Source: Lama glama (taxonomy: Eukaryota). From it: a stretch of 64,000 bases of DNA. The stretch is from positions 45,694,001 to 45,758,000 of the forward strand of contig CM052839.1 of NCBI GenBank assembly GCA_028534125.1, written 5' to 3'. Positions 48,587 through 63,366 of the stretch are shown here, piece after piece; positions within the stretch are counted from its first letter, which is position 1; each line of letters opens with the position of its first letter. A model generated the notes under the pieces. It had not been told where the DNA came from. It did not search any database and saw nothing but the letters and a program-made list of their open reading frames with translations. The translations under genes were made by a program, and so were the position numbers.

Positions 48587-51499
48587 CATCGCTCCCGCGC
48601 ACTCTCTCACCGGCCTGGCACTCCCCAAGGCCACCAGCCAACACAGCCCCAGGGGACTGTCAGCCCAGCAAGCTGCTGGGGCCAGAAAGGCCAGCCTGGC
48701 CAATGGCAGGTGAGGGCTGGACCAGAGACCCTGTGCGTGTGCACTCCCAGGCTCTACTCACTGCAGCCACCTCCCCTAAGCCAGCCTGGGACAAAACCCT
48801 GCTCCCACAAAGGCTTGGGGGGCCGTCCTCACCGGGGAGAAGTGGGAGAGTGACTCCTCCCAGACTGCTCACTGTGAAGAGAATCACCCAGGGTTGTCCA
48901 ACTAGCTCTGACTCTGTCTTCGCACTGGTGGGAGTCCCCAACCTCCCGGTGGCAGACACCCCTGCCGGAAAAGCTCGGGCCCCACGCCCCTCCGTCCTGT
49001 CTGTCCACCTCTGCTGCTGATGGAGTAACCATCCTGTGGCTTTGGGTTACAGCCTCTTGTGCCCCTGCCCCACCCCATCCAGGGTGTTTCACAAGAGCGC
49101 CCACAAGATGCCCAGAGGGGGCCACCTCAGCCCCTCTCTGGGCCACAAACTGTTCTCCAGTACCCTGACCAGGGTCAGCACCCACAAGGCAGGGAACAAA
49201 AACCAGAGGGTCCCCTCCCACCTACTTGGTCACCCTTTCTACACCCTGCCCTCACTTACTGCAGCCCTGCCAGGAACATTTTTATCCACTTAACCCTGGG
49301 ATTCCTGGTTCCCCTCCGCCCTCCACTCCGACCGTGACTTCCGAGTCAGACACAGGGAGGTAAGTGGAGGCCTAATGCAGACCGGACTGGGATGCCTCCT
49401 TGCCCTTGTCAGGGAGCAAAGCGTGGTGAGGGGGAGGCACACGCTCACTCAGGGCAGAGACCCCTCCTCACCCAGCCTTGCGCCAGGGATGGCGCAGACG
49501 AGCTGGAGGTCAGAAGAGCCTCAGGACCCCACACCTACCCAGGGAGCAAGGCCTCCGGGAGGAGCTGGAAGAGACCTCCTCGGGGCCTTGAGCCGGAGTA
49601 GGGGTACAGGGTCACCGCACTGGTCCCACCACCGACAGCCCACAGAAAAAGCACTGGCAGCAGCTTCTCCCACCCGCCATCCTCCCTCCACCCCCGGACA
49701 CTGAGCACACGGTGACTTCCTGAAGAGATCGCACAGAAAAGTGCAGAGCGTGGCGGCTGGGAGCCGAAAAGTGCCTCCTCGACAGATTTCACCCTCCACA
49801 GAAGCCCTGAACTCAGCACAAGTGCAGCCAACGGCCTCGGAATCAAAGGTGTGCGAGTGTTGTGGTGGGGGAGGGGCAGGTCTCAGCAGAGCCGGTGCTT
49901 CCAGCCTCCTGGCCCAGTCTCTGCTACCTGGGGACACACATGGCAGGACAGAGCCAGCCTTTGGGCATGGGTTGGGACTGATGGCTCAGAGTATCTCTAG
50001 AAGCCAGAGGGTGAGGATCCCAGAGGCTGGATCCAGGAGAAGCTGCCCCCAACCCTCCCAGGCTGAGCCCACCTTGTGGAGTAAGCATGGGTGGTCCAAA
50101 GGGCCTGAATCCTCCAAGGTACCTATGACCACCCACTCAAGCTGAGCACTCCAACCCCTTCCCCTAGGCCCAAACTCCAGAGCATGGACACCAGAAAGGA
50201 AACCAGACAGCCTCTGCGCCTTCTCCTTTCCTGCAAACACCATGGCCAAACCTCCCAGGTGGGCATGGCCTTGGGTGCTCTAGCACCCCCATCTAGCCTG
50301 CCACACTCCTACCCTGCCCTTCAGAAATGCCTCCTCCAGAAGCCCTCTGGAAAAACTCTAGAGCTTAATTTCCACCAAAACAGAAGTAACTGAGAAGATT
50401 TAAAGAAATAACCCTCCAGGAATCTGCATTTTTCTAGGGCATAAAATCCAGCCAAAAGATCAGCAGAAATGTTAAAACATCTGGCATCTAAAAGCCCAGG
50501 GCTCCGTGGGGGGGCACGGTGTTGGGGGGCATCCCCAAGAACCAACCACAAGGTCAGCCTTACCCAGCCACGAACTCCTGGGCAAAAAGGATCAGCTCTG
50601 GTCTAGATGAAACACTCCTTCGCCTCTGGAGACCAGAAACCACCCACACACCCGGGAAAGGTGGCTCAGGCCACACCACCCTCAGGCTGTCACTCCCCGG
50701 GAGTCCCCACCACCTGGTCCAACACCCATCAGGGCCACGTTCTTTGCCAACCTGCACAACACTGAGTTCCAAACTCAAGTGGGACAACTGTGAGGTGATT
50801 AGGATTCTTGGACTCATGCCATCCACACCGGCCCACCTGCTACGCCCTGAAGGCTAGGAGGCCTCAAAGCTACCACCATCCTCAGCCTCAATCCAGACCA
50901 CAAGGCCAGGCTACAAAGAGAGGCAGGGCCTGCTCACCAGACACCTCGCTCCCCTGAAGTCTAAGTCCTGCTGCTTCCTCTCATTTGCAATTTCCTGGTA
51001 CAGCTGCGCCTACTTGTCCCCTGCCCTGTCCACTGTCACCCAGGACAGGCACCCGTCTTTCTCCCTCTCCTCCCTTCCCAGAGGCTGCCCAGCCTAGCCA
51101 ACCTGACCAGTCATAAGGGAGGCCTGCTTCCCGGCCCCGCAAGCACGGCCCCCCTAAGCTCCTCCCCTTTCTTACTCAGAGAACTATTTCCCAGTTTGGG
51201 GAACTGTCCCAGACGCAGGTCAGAGACCAGTAGCCTGCGAAGAGCCTGCCTGGGAGGGGATGGACAGGCCAGGGACTTTACCTGCCACCCTGGGGGAAAC
51301 CTGCACTGAGACCCCTTCATTTACTGCCCACTCACCCTTTTTTCAACCCGCACATCAGCCCAAACTTAAACAGGAGACCGAGCTCGGGGCCTGGCCCCTT
51401 CCCACTCCCCACCGTTTCCCGCTCACCCCACGTTTCCCGGCCTCTCAGGCCCCTAGCTCAAATCCCCCCAGGCACCAGGACAAGCATCGAGTGACCTCA

Positions 51500-52600
51500 T
51501 GCTGATGACTCAGCAAGTCTCCCTCTGGGCTCTGGCAGCGTGTGACGGAGCGAAGCCGGCGCGAGCAGGGTCTTCCCAGCCCCCTCACGTGCCGCCTCCT
51601 CCCCCAGTCCGCCGAGGACCCCCGCGCCGGGGAGGCGTTGACACAGACACCTGATGAATCAGCAGCTCAGGCCGGGGCCGACGTGCTCTTCGGTGGAGCC
51701 CTGGGTGCCCCGCTCGACCCCACCCTTTCCTCCCGCCACCCCCACCGCCCCTCCCTCCAGGACGCCCGGGCTCCACGGAGCCAGCCCCACGCAGCCCCGC
51801 GCCGCCCCCCGCGGACCCCCGCGCCCACCCCAGCACCCCGGGCGCAGGGGCCAGGAGCCGCTCTTGACCAGTGGGGAAATCGAGGCACGGGCCGCCAGCA
51901 CGGCGCGGGGCAGACCCGAAGCCCGGAGCGCCCAGCCCGCGCGGCCCCAGGTGGCCAGGAGGAGCCGCGGCTCCGCTGGCCTCTGCCCCCGACTCGGAGC
52001 CCTCAGCCGCCCCTGACCGCCCCCAGCCCGGCCCCCGCCCCCGCCCCGGCCCGGGCGGCCGCCGCACTCACCCACCACACTGCGGGCCCGGCGGGCCGAG
52101 GCCGGGGCGGGGCGAGGCGGGCACTCCGAAGCCGCGCGGAGCTGGGCCGCGCGGGAGCTCCGGGCCCTGGGTGGGGGCTCGCCGCCTGAGCGGGCCGGGC
52201 CGAGCGCGCTGGGAAGGCCGGGTCGGACCANNNNNNNNNNNNNNNNNNNNNNNNNNNNNNNNNNNNNNNNNNNNNNNNNNNNNNNNNNNNNNNNNNNNNN
52301 NNNNNNNNNNNNNNNNNNNNNNNNNNNNNNNNNNNNNNNNNNNNNNNNNNNNNNNNNNNNNNNNNNNNNNNNNNNNNNNNNNNNNNNNNNNNNNNNNNNN
52401 NNNNNNNNNNNNNNNNNNNNNNNNNNNNNNNNNNNNNNNNNNNNNNNNNNNNCCTGCGCGCCCGGCCGCCGTTGCCTGGGCAACGCGCGCCGCGCCCGCC
52501 GAGTGAGGTCTCGCGGGACTAGCACGGGCGCGCGCTCCGCGCTGGCCTCGCCCCCTCCGGGCGGGGCCTCCTGGAGCCGCTCAGCTGCTTTCCTGAGCCT
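51500..52600 (-). promoter_or_regulatory. MAFG CpG-island promoter and exon 1 (N-run 52231-52452)
   Basis: CpG dense; ARE TGACTCAGCA 51506-51515; RFX X-box GTTGCCTGGGCAAC 52471-52484. Confidence 0.8.
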
Positions 52601-54897
52601 TGTGAGTAGAGACTTTAAAAGCCACGTGTGCGGGGGCCAGGTGCGGACCCGAAGTACCCACGCATAATGCAGAAGATTCTCATGGTGTTTCTGATACCAC
52701 CTGGCAGGCTCTGCACGCACTGCCTCTTCAACTGTGGAGCGGGCCTCAGCCCTGCCGGGAACAGTGGCTTGGCTCACAGATGACCCGCAGGCTCCGGGTG
52801 GTGAAGGGCTTGTCCAGGATTCAAACTTAGGTCTCAAGACCACCTCCAGGGTCCTCTGAGTAGCATGGTCTGCCTTCACCCAACGCCCCGAGATCTCACA
52901 CTAGTGACAAGGGCTCAGGCGGCTCCTAGAACGACTCCTGCTCAGAGTGGGTGTGCGGTAAACATTCGTTGAATGATAGTTGGTGTAGGAACTGCACGTT
53001 TCCTTTCCCGTTTCATCAACATCTGCCTGGAACTGAGGTCACCAGTCTGTCTGCTCCTGCGCTTTCTGTAAGGAGTTCTCACCGCTATTTGAAATTCCCA
53101 GAGAAAGAGGTGGCCAAAAGAGGAAGGCAATTTGAAGGGATCCCGTTTCTACTTCCAAATTCTGGACTTCCCTTCCCAGGCGTAAAACCAGGTAGGGTGA
53201 CCCACACTGCCAGGGAGGCTTGTGTGATCAGGTGAGCTGAAAGAGGAGGAGCGAGGGACAGGCTGCGGAGTCCTCAGGGGAGTTCAGTGAATGAATGATG
53301 AGGGCCAACCCAGGAGGCCCCCAGAGCCAGGGGGCATCGCGGGGTCAGAAGCTCCCCCTACCGGACTCCAGTAGCTTCCCTCTGAATCCCACAGCACCTT
53401 GTCACCTGCTTTGTAGGGTTGCATGTGGTTGTCCGATCATCCTGTGCTCTTTAAGCGCCAGGCGTGTCCCCCTGCATTGGGTGTAGCCCACATCTCATAG
53501 ACTCTCGGGCCTTCATATACCTGAGCCATGACTTCTAAAGCCTGCAACTCTTCATGTACTAAACCACAAAGACTTACTCCTGATGCCAAGAAAGAGGCCC
53601 CGTCTCCGCCAGCATCCTCACCACCAGCCACTACCTCCTTCTCCTGGATCTGCTCAGCAGGCATGTGGGTCTAAGCTATCCTTGGGTGGTGTACACACAG
53701 TCCCTGTGGCAGGGCTTTGGCAGGCCACACGGGTTATGGTGGATCCTGTCTCTTCACTTAGTGTCACCCCGCCTGAGCAGGGACAGTGGTGCCATCCAGA
53801 AACACTGATGCCCAGGTGATTGGCCCTGGGGATGGTGGATGCTCACTTAAAAGTCATAGCCTGTCTGACTCTGCCCACTTCCCCACCCCTGGCCTTTGCT
53901 TTGTTTGGGACCAAGGCTTGCACTCCTGCCTGCTGAAATCCGGAGTGTTCTTCATGGGTTGGTGCAAAGCCTCTGCAAAGCTCGCCCAGGCCCCTTGCCT
54001 CCTGCAAGGCTGTGATGTGTGATCGCTCACTCCACAGTCACCTGCTGGCTTCCTCCAGACCCTGGACCCTGGGCACCTGTTACAGCAGCACGCCCCCCTC
54101 GTCTTATTGGTCAGCACCTGACACGCAGCAGGTGCTCAAACAGTGAGGCTGGCCTCGACTTGAAGGGGAAAGTTAGGGGACAGTTAGGGGACAGCTTCGG
54201 TCCTGGGCAGATGTGTGGCCTGTGGGACAATCTCTTCCGGGAAATCTTTTCCTCAAAGGGAGGGTGCCAGGGTTTCCCTGCACCTCCAGGTCTCTGCCAG
54301 GGAGCTCACAGCACAGGGTGGGGGCCTGTGCTGGGGGCTCATGCCTTAGGAGGACCCTGCAGGGACTCCAGGCCCCACGAGAGCCTTCGGCAGTTGGGAC
54401 ATGGGGACTGACTGGGATAAGGGATGCAGTCTTGCCTCTCGCTTGCTCTGTTACGTGTTTTCTTGTTTTCCGTGTCTCCTTTCTCCCTTAGATTTGCAAG
54501 GCTGTGTCCCTGTCCCCAGAGAACTCCCCCTACCCACCCAACATGCACTGCGCTTTGGTTCTAAGTGGGCCCAGGGGAAGGAAATGAATCGGAGATGTGA
54601 CCTTGCAGTGTGTTCCTGGAAAACTTCTGCCTGGAAGCTCTCCTGAACCCCACCCCTACCCCTCAAGGGACCCAACACGTCACCTGGGTACCCCCCACCT
54701 AATGCCCTACAGTCACTCAGCCCCACTCCTCTGACATACTCGCCCAGGTAGGGGGTGTGTGTGTGTATCAGCCTCTGGAGGCAAGGGGCCTTGTTTTACT
54801 GTCTCTGTGCTCAGTAACTGTTTGTTGATTGAACAAATGTGAGCCATCCTGGCCCCATAAAGGGTTCTGACCCTCAGCAGCTCCTCTGTGGGTCTCC

Positions 54898-54970
54898 TGT
54901 GATGGTTAATTTTATGTCAGCCTGACTGGGCCATCTCCTACAAGTGGTTGCTCTGGTGAACCCTAACACA
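54898..54970 (+). mobile_element. Collapsed MLT2-like LTR (both termini, interior deleted)
   Basis: TGTGATGGTTAATTTTATGTCAGCCTGACTGGGCCA joined to TCTCCTA...CTCTGGTGAACCCTAACACA. Confidence 0.6.
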
Positions 54971-55376
54971 CCTTCCTAGGGTGTTCCTTCCTCACCTGCC
55001 CCTGGCCTTGCCTTGGTGAGCTGGGGACATATCTGCCCCCACCAAAGTGGGAGGCACGGGAGATGCTGCGGCTGGGCCCCTCCCACAGCAGGGTATGCCA
55101 AGCCCAGCCTACAGTGCCCACTTCCAGTCATGCCTCTAGTGACCACAGCCCAAGGGGCAGCACCCTTCCAGAAGCTCCTTCGTCCTCTGCTCACTGGGAA
55201 ACTGAGCCCCACCAGCCAGGATGGCTGCCTCAGGACACAGAGCTCCAGGCCTGTGGGCTGTCGGCTCAGTCTCCAGCATTACACTGGGCAGCGACAGCCC
55301 TCTGGCACAGGGCGGGGGGGCTCCCTCCACATGTGGCAACAGAGTTAGAAGTCAGGGCACTGGGACTGGAAATCAA

Positions 55377-55382
55377 TTTATT
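55377..55382 (-). terminator. PYCR1 polyadenylation signal AATAAA
   Basis: tttatt ~600 nt past the stop codon. Confidence 0.75.
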
Positions 55383-55980
55383 TAACCTAAAGTCAGACGT
55401 CTGCGGGTCGGGTCAGGAACAGAAGATGATGGTGTGAGTGTGCTGATGGCCTCGGAAGTTGAACCATTCTGAGAGCCCTTTTTCAAATGTCCAGCTGGCC
55501 AAGAACCAGAGTCCCTCCTGCTGGATGCCAGGGACCCTTGGGTCCTTCCCACACTGAGGAAGGAGTTGTGACTGGAAGGTGGAGAGAGGTCAGGAGTGGG
55601 TTCCCTCCTTGGCTGGGCCTTCATGGTTGGGGGGTGGGTGGAGGGGGGACCTTGACCTTTTGTGCTCAAGGTCAAGCCAGCTGACCGCGGGGGGTGGAGA
55701 CCCCCAGGCCTCCTGAGCTCTGGAGGAAAGTGACTTGGTTTGAGGGTGGAGGAAGAGGGCACTGAGCTGAGAGAATCCTTCCCTGTTCTGGACCAGGACA
55801 GTCAGGGGCTGTGGAGGTTCCCACTGGAAAGTGGCGTGCCCCCTCCCTGGCTCCAGCCCCACTGAAGCGAGTGGACCAGAGCCGTGGGCAGTGGGCCATG
55901 ATGAGGATACCCTGTGCGGCCTGGAGCTAGACACCCAGCGAGGAGCTCTGAGCCCAGGAGGAGAAGGCAGGTTGGGCACC

Positions 55981-59325
<3,345 letters not shown>

Positions 59326-59499
59326 GGTGTCCGGAGGCTTGCGCCCACGCCCTCACAGCTGGCACCGGCTCTGCAGGAGCAGATGCGGAACAATGGGGCA
59401 GAATCCAGCGCAGGAAGTTAGGCGGGCAGTGCCAGGCCTCCTAGCCACTCCACCACCCCCATCCCAGCCGGTCTAATGCTCCCCTGCTCCGATGCTCCC

Positions 59500-60400
59500 G
59501 CCCACCATAGCCTCCCGACCCGCTCCCGAGGGTCCCAGACAAGGGGCAGGAAGGGGCGCGCTCGCCTCCGTAAGGGGACAGGAATTGGCCGTGGGCAGGG
59601 GGCCCGATCGGCGCCCGGGCGCCCCCAAGCCCTAGTCGGCCTCCCCACGCCCAAGGACCCTGTCCAGGTCTGAGAGCCCCGGTAGAGCTCTCTCCACGCC
59701 GGAGCCGAGGGCGCGGGCGCGCATCTCCCTCTGCCTAGCGGAACCACCGCCCGCCGGAGCCGGACCGGAGTCTGGCTCCGAGTTACCCAGTTACCCCGCG
59801 CGGGTCGCCCCCTCTCCGAAGCACTGCGCCCGCCACGCGGCACCCGCGCCCAGCGGCCCCGCCCTCGGCGCTCCAGCCAGTCCGAGGCGCGGTCGCCTTG
59901 GCGCCGACCAATCCGAGGCCGCGGGCGGTGCCGAGGAGCCATTGCATCATCTGCTCGCCCCGCCCCCTCCCGTGGGGCCCCGTCTCCCCGGCGGTCCCGA
60001 TCCCGCGCCCTTCGGACGCCGGCCCCCAGACCCAGTCCCGCCGGAATCCATGCCCCCGAATCCGCGCCCCTTCGGAACGTCCCGCGGACCCGCGCTCCTC
60101 GGGACCTACGCCCCTGGATCCGCGGCCACGGACCCTGGTCCACCCGACCTCCGCCCTCTGGACCTCGGCCTCCGAATCCCCCCTCCCCTTGGGCCCCTCC
60201 TTGGGGACCCAGGACCGCTCCTGGGACCTGAGAGCGCCGGGGGAGGGGCGGCGGGAGCCCGGCCCTCAAAGAGCGGCCCTGGGCGGGGGCTCCCCACACG
60301 GGACCCTGTCGTTGGCCACGGACACCGACAGGTCAGGCTGCGTCCCTGACCACGTGGCCCACGCTTACTGTTACTAACTTGATCGTCGCGTTTGGAGGAG
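59500..60400 (-). promoter_or_regulatory. PYCR1 CpG promoter with C/EBP-ATF element, CCAAT box and E-box
   Basis: ATTGCATCA 59941-59949, CCAAT 59908-59912, CACGTG 60351-60356. Confidence 0.75.
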
Positions 60401-60583
60401 CCCAACTGAGTAGCATTTTTTCTTTCTCTTCTTTCTTGTATTGCCTTTTTTTTTTTTTTTTTTTGCTGTTTTGCTTGCTTTCTTGCTTTTTTGAGGGGAG
60501 AGAATTGAACACAATTTACAAAAAAAATTTGCGGTAAATCACTGTTTTGATACTATATTTCGTCACTTAAATTTTTTTTTTAT

Positions 60584-61467
60584 TGTTCCAGGAGGCTCAG
60601 AAACGGTATCTCATGCCTTCTCGGGATATCAGAACCGGGAGGCACCTGGGAAGTCTAGGTCACCCCCTGAGAGCTGGACTCCTTCCCGCCTGGAGTCTCT
60701 CCTCTGCAAGTCTCTTCTAAGGCTCAGGGGCCCTTTGGAAGCTGCCTGACATGGGGGACCACAGGCCTGTTACCACGTGGACCTCCTCAAGCTCGGGGTG
60801 GGTGGTGTCAGCTAACAGACAGGAAGATGATCCTGTCGTGCCCTAGTTCCCACCGAGCACCCTGTGTCTCTTGACATCTTGTCTGCAGCATCTGTGGAAC
60901 TTTTTTGGCCCTGGGTTTTTAGGAGAACAGGGCTCCAGTCCTGTCTCCCTGAGGATGTGTGCAGGGTTCATATGCGCTGAGTCTGTTTGGGCTTCAGGAT
61001 AGTCTGGGGTCCCAGTCAGCAGCAGGGTTAAGAGCAATCATCATTGACAACCCATCCCCCACCAGGGAGAGAGTGAGCAGCTTTATTCTCTCTGTTCTCT
61101 ATCTTAAGTGATGACAGGCTGTTCTAAAGTAATTTCAGCATTGCTTGGACGTTTGTGCCCCAGAAGCAGGGCTGTGAGTTCTCCTTGACACAATAACCAG
61201 GAGCACCAGACCACTGTGTAGTGAGCATGTGTACATGGCTGATTTCCAGGTCTCCGCAGATGTTCGTCTGTCCTGGCCTTCAGTCCTCACCCTCGTATGC
61301 AGGTGCAGGGGAGAGCTGTATTAAGTTCCTGTCTGGGATGGACTGCTCGGGGGAGTGGCCCAGACTCAGACCCAGAGACACAAACCTGGGCGGGGTTCCC
61401 ACCACTTCTCACCCAGATGTTTACCGTCAAAGTACAGAGCCCCTCCTTTAAAAAGAGTTGTTTCTCA
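60584..61467 (-). mobile_element. Possible old ERV solo LTR
   Basis: On the minus strand it begins TGAGAAAC, ends GGAACA and has an internal AATAAA (61082-61087). No TSD seen; family not assigned. Confidence 0.3.
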
Positions 61468-61503
61468 AGTGGCAAGAGCAGATAAGCCCCTCCCCCAGGA
61501 AGT

Positions 61504-61547
61504 GAGAGTCCCTGGTCCAGGGAGCGAGAGTCCCTGGTCCAGGGAGC
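61504..61547. repeat. Perfect 22-bp tandem duplication
   Basis: GAGAGTCCCTGGTCCAGGGAGC x2. Confidence 0.95.
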
Positions 61548-62350
61548 GGGCATCATCAGGACGATCCCCAGGCCAGCCTCTTAGAGGACAGAGGACATCT
61601 GCCGTGCCTGTCATGAGACTGGAACCACTTCCCTCCTCCATCTCCCCCTACCAGGTTCTTAGAAGCTTAGGGTGGATGGAGCTGTGAGAGCAGAAGTCCA
61701 CAGGACAGTGAGGAAATTGGGGAGTTGGTGACAGATAGCTCATTTCAGAAATTTGGTTAGACAAGGAAGGAAAACCATCCCAGCCTCCCCATGGTCAGGG
61801 TAGGGTGTGACCCAGAAATTGCTTGGTCACCTGATAACGCACCCCACCCCGACGTCAGGCAGGGTCCTCAGGACACCTCCAAACACAGTAGCAGCTCCAC
61901 ACCTCCAGGATCTGCTGCTAAACTCAAGCCTCTCCAGGTTAAAGGACCCTGTGCGTGTGCCCTCCCCAGTGGGCGGGTGGGCAGTTTCTCGCTGGGCACA
62001 GCACCAGCACAGGGAGCCCTGGGACCCTGTGCCTGTAAGCTGCTGGGGCTCTGCTGCCAGGAGGCAGGAAAGCCCAAGGGGCGGAGGAGGGCGTGTGGGG
62101 CTGGTGAGTGCCTCAGGTTCCTTCCCCCTCCTCCTCCCCTTGCTCCCCACCCAGAGGACACTGCTGAACCCCTTCCTTGGGAGGCTGCCCCTCATCGCCA
62201 GAGGACCCTGGCCCCTGACAGCTGCCTCCTTCTTCAGCCAGGCCCAGTCTAGGCCCTTCTCTGGCAGCACCCAGGAGCTGCAGGTGGCCCCCGCGCCCTC
62301 TGGCCACCGCCTCCTCAGCAGAAACTGCTCAGCGCATATCAGCGTTGGTG

Positions 62351-62356
62351 TTTATT
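62351..62356 (-). terminator. MYADML2 polyadenylation signal AATAAA
   Basis: tttatt ~1 kb past the stop codon. Confidence 0.6.
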
Positions 62357-63366
62357 TCCTGCTCAAGGCCGTGGACCAGACGGGGTCAAGTGACTGCTGT
62401 GCTCGGTTGGCCGGTGGGCTGGCCCAGTCTGGGCTTTTGAGTGGGAGAAGCTGGCTGCAGTGTGGGGGACAAGGGCCCCAGCGGGCCCTGGCTGTCAGTG
62501 GTCAGGCAAATGAACATTTGAGTGGAGGTCGTGGGCCGTGAGCACCAGTGAGGTGTCTGGTGCCCAGACGCCATGTCCCAGTGGCTGCCCCAGGTTGGCC
62601 CTCCTCTGGGTCAGGGCTGCCCCAGGCCAGCCCCTCGGGACTCACGGTGGGCACTGCAGAAGCTGCTGCATGAGGGGTGGGTAGACGATGGGAGGCCCCG
62701 GGCGTCAGCTCCAGCATCCTTGCTTGGCTTCAAGAGACTGTGATGAGGAGGAGGCCGGCGAGCCATGAGTCCTGATTCCCAGCTCCTTCTCCTGGGGCCG
62801 GCCCGGATGCCCCAGTAGGGCCCTCTTTGGGCAGCTGTCCTTCCAGGGTTCCGGGCACTGCTCCACACCCCTGCGCTGGCCCAGCTCTGGCCCCCTCCTG
62901 GGCTCCCTTCCAACTCGTTCCCACACCTCTGGGAACTGTCCCCTTTTCAACTCTACTTAGGTCACTCAGCCCAAACGTGGGCTCCAGACCCTGGTGGACA
63001 GTTAGGGCGGACTCCTTACTCCCAGCCTCGGGGTCCCCATCTGCAAAGCGGGTCATAACAGCAGCTGCTTCAAAGGATTTTCATGTGTTACACTGCCCAG
63101 CACTAAGACAGGGAGTGCCAGCAAAGGGAGAGCGACGGAGACAGAGACAGACAGGGAGCGGGGAGAGGGGTGGGAGCCGCCTGGCAGAAGCCTCACCTGC
63201 CGCTCTGGCCCCCTCCGCCCCACCCCAAGCGCAGCTGCTGGGGCCGCCAGAAGTCCAGGCCCAGCTCTCCTGGCTACCTCCCTCTGCTCATCCTTGGGGG
63301 TCTGGGTTCACCTGGGTCCCTTCGTGACCTCTGAAAGCAGAGGTGGGTGGATCGCTGCCTGTCCAG

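Noticed and set aside
51659-52879. 406-aa ORF and other ORFs spanning N-runs
   Set aside because: Artefacts of Ns and GC richness.
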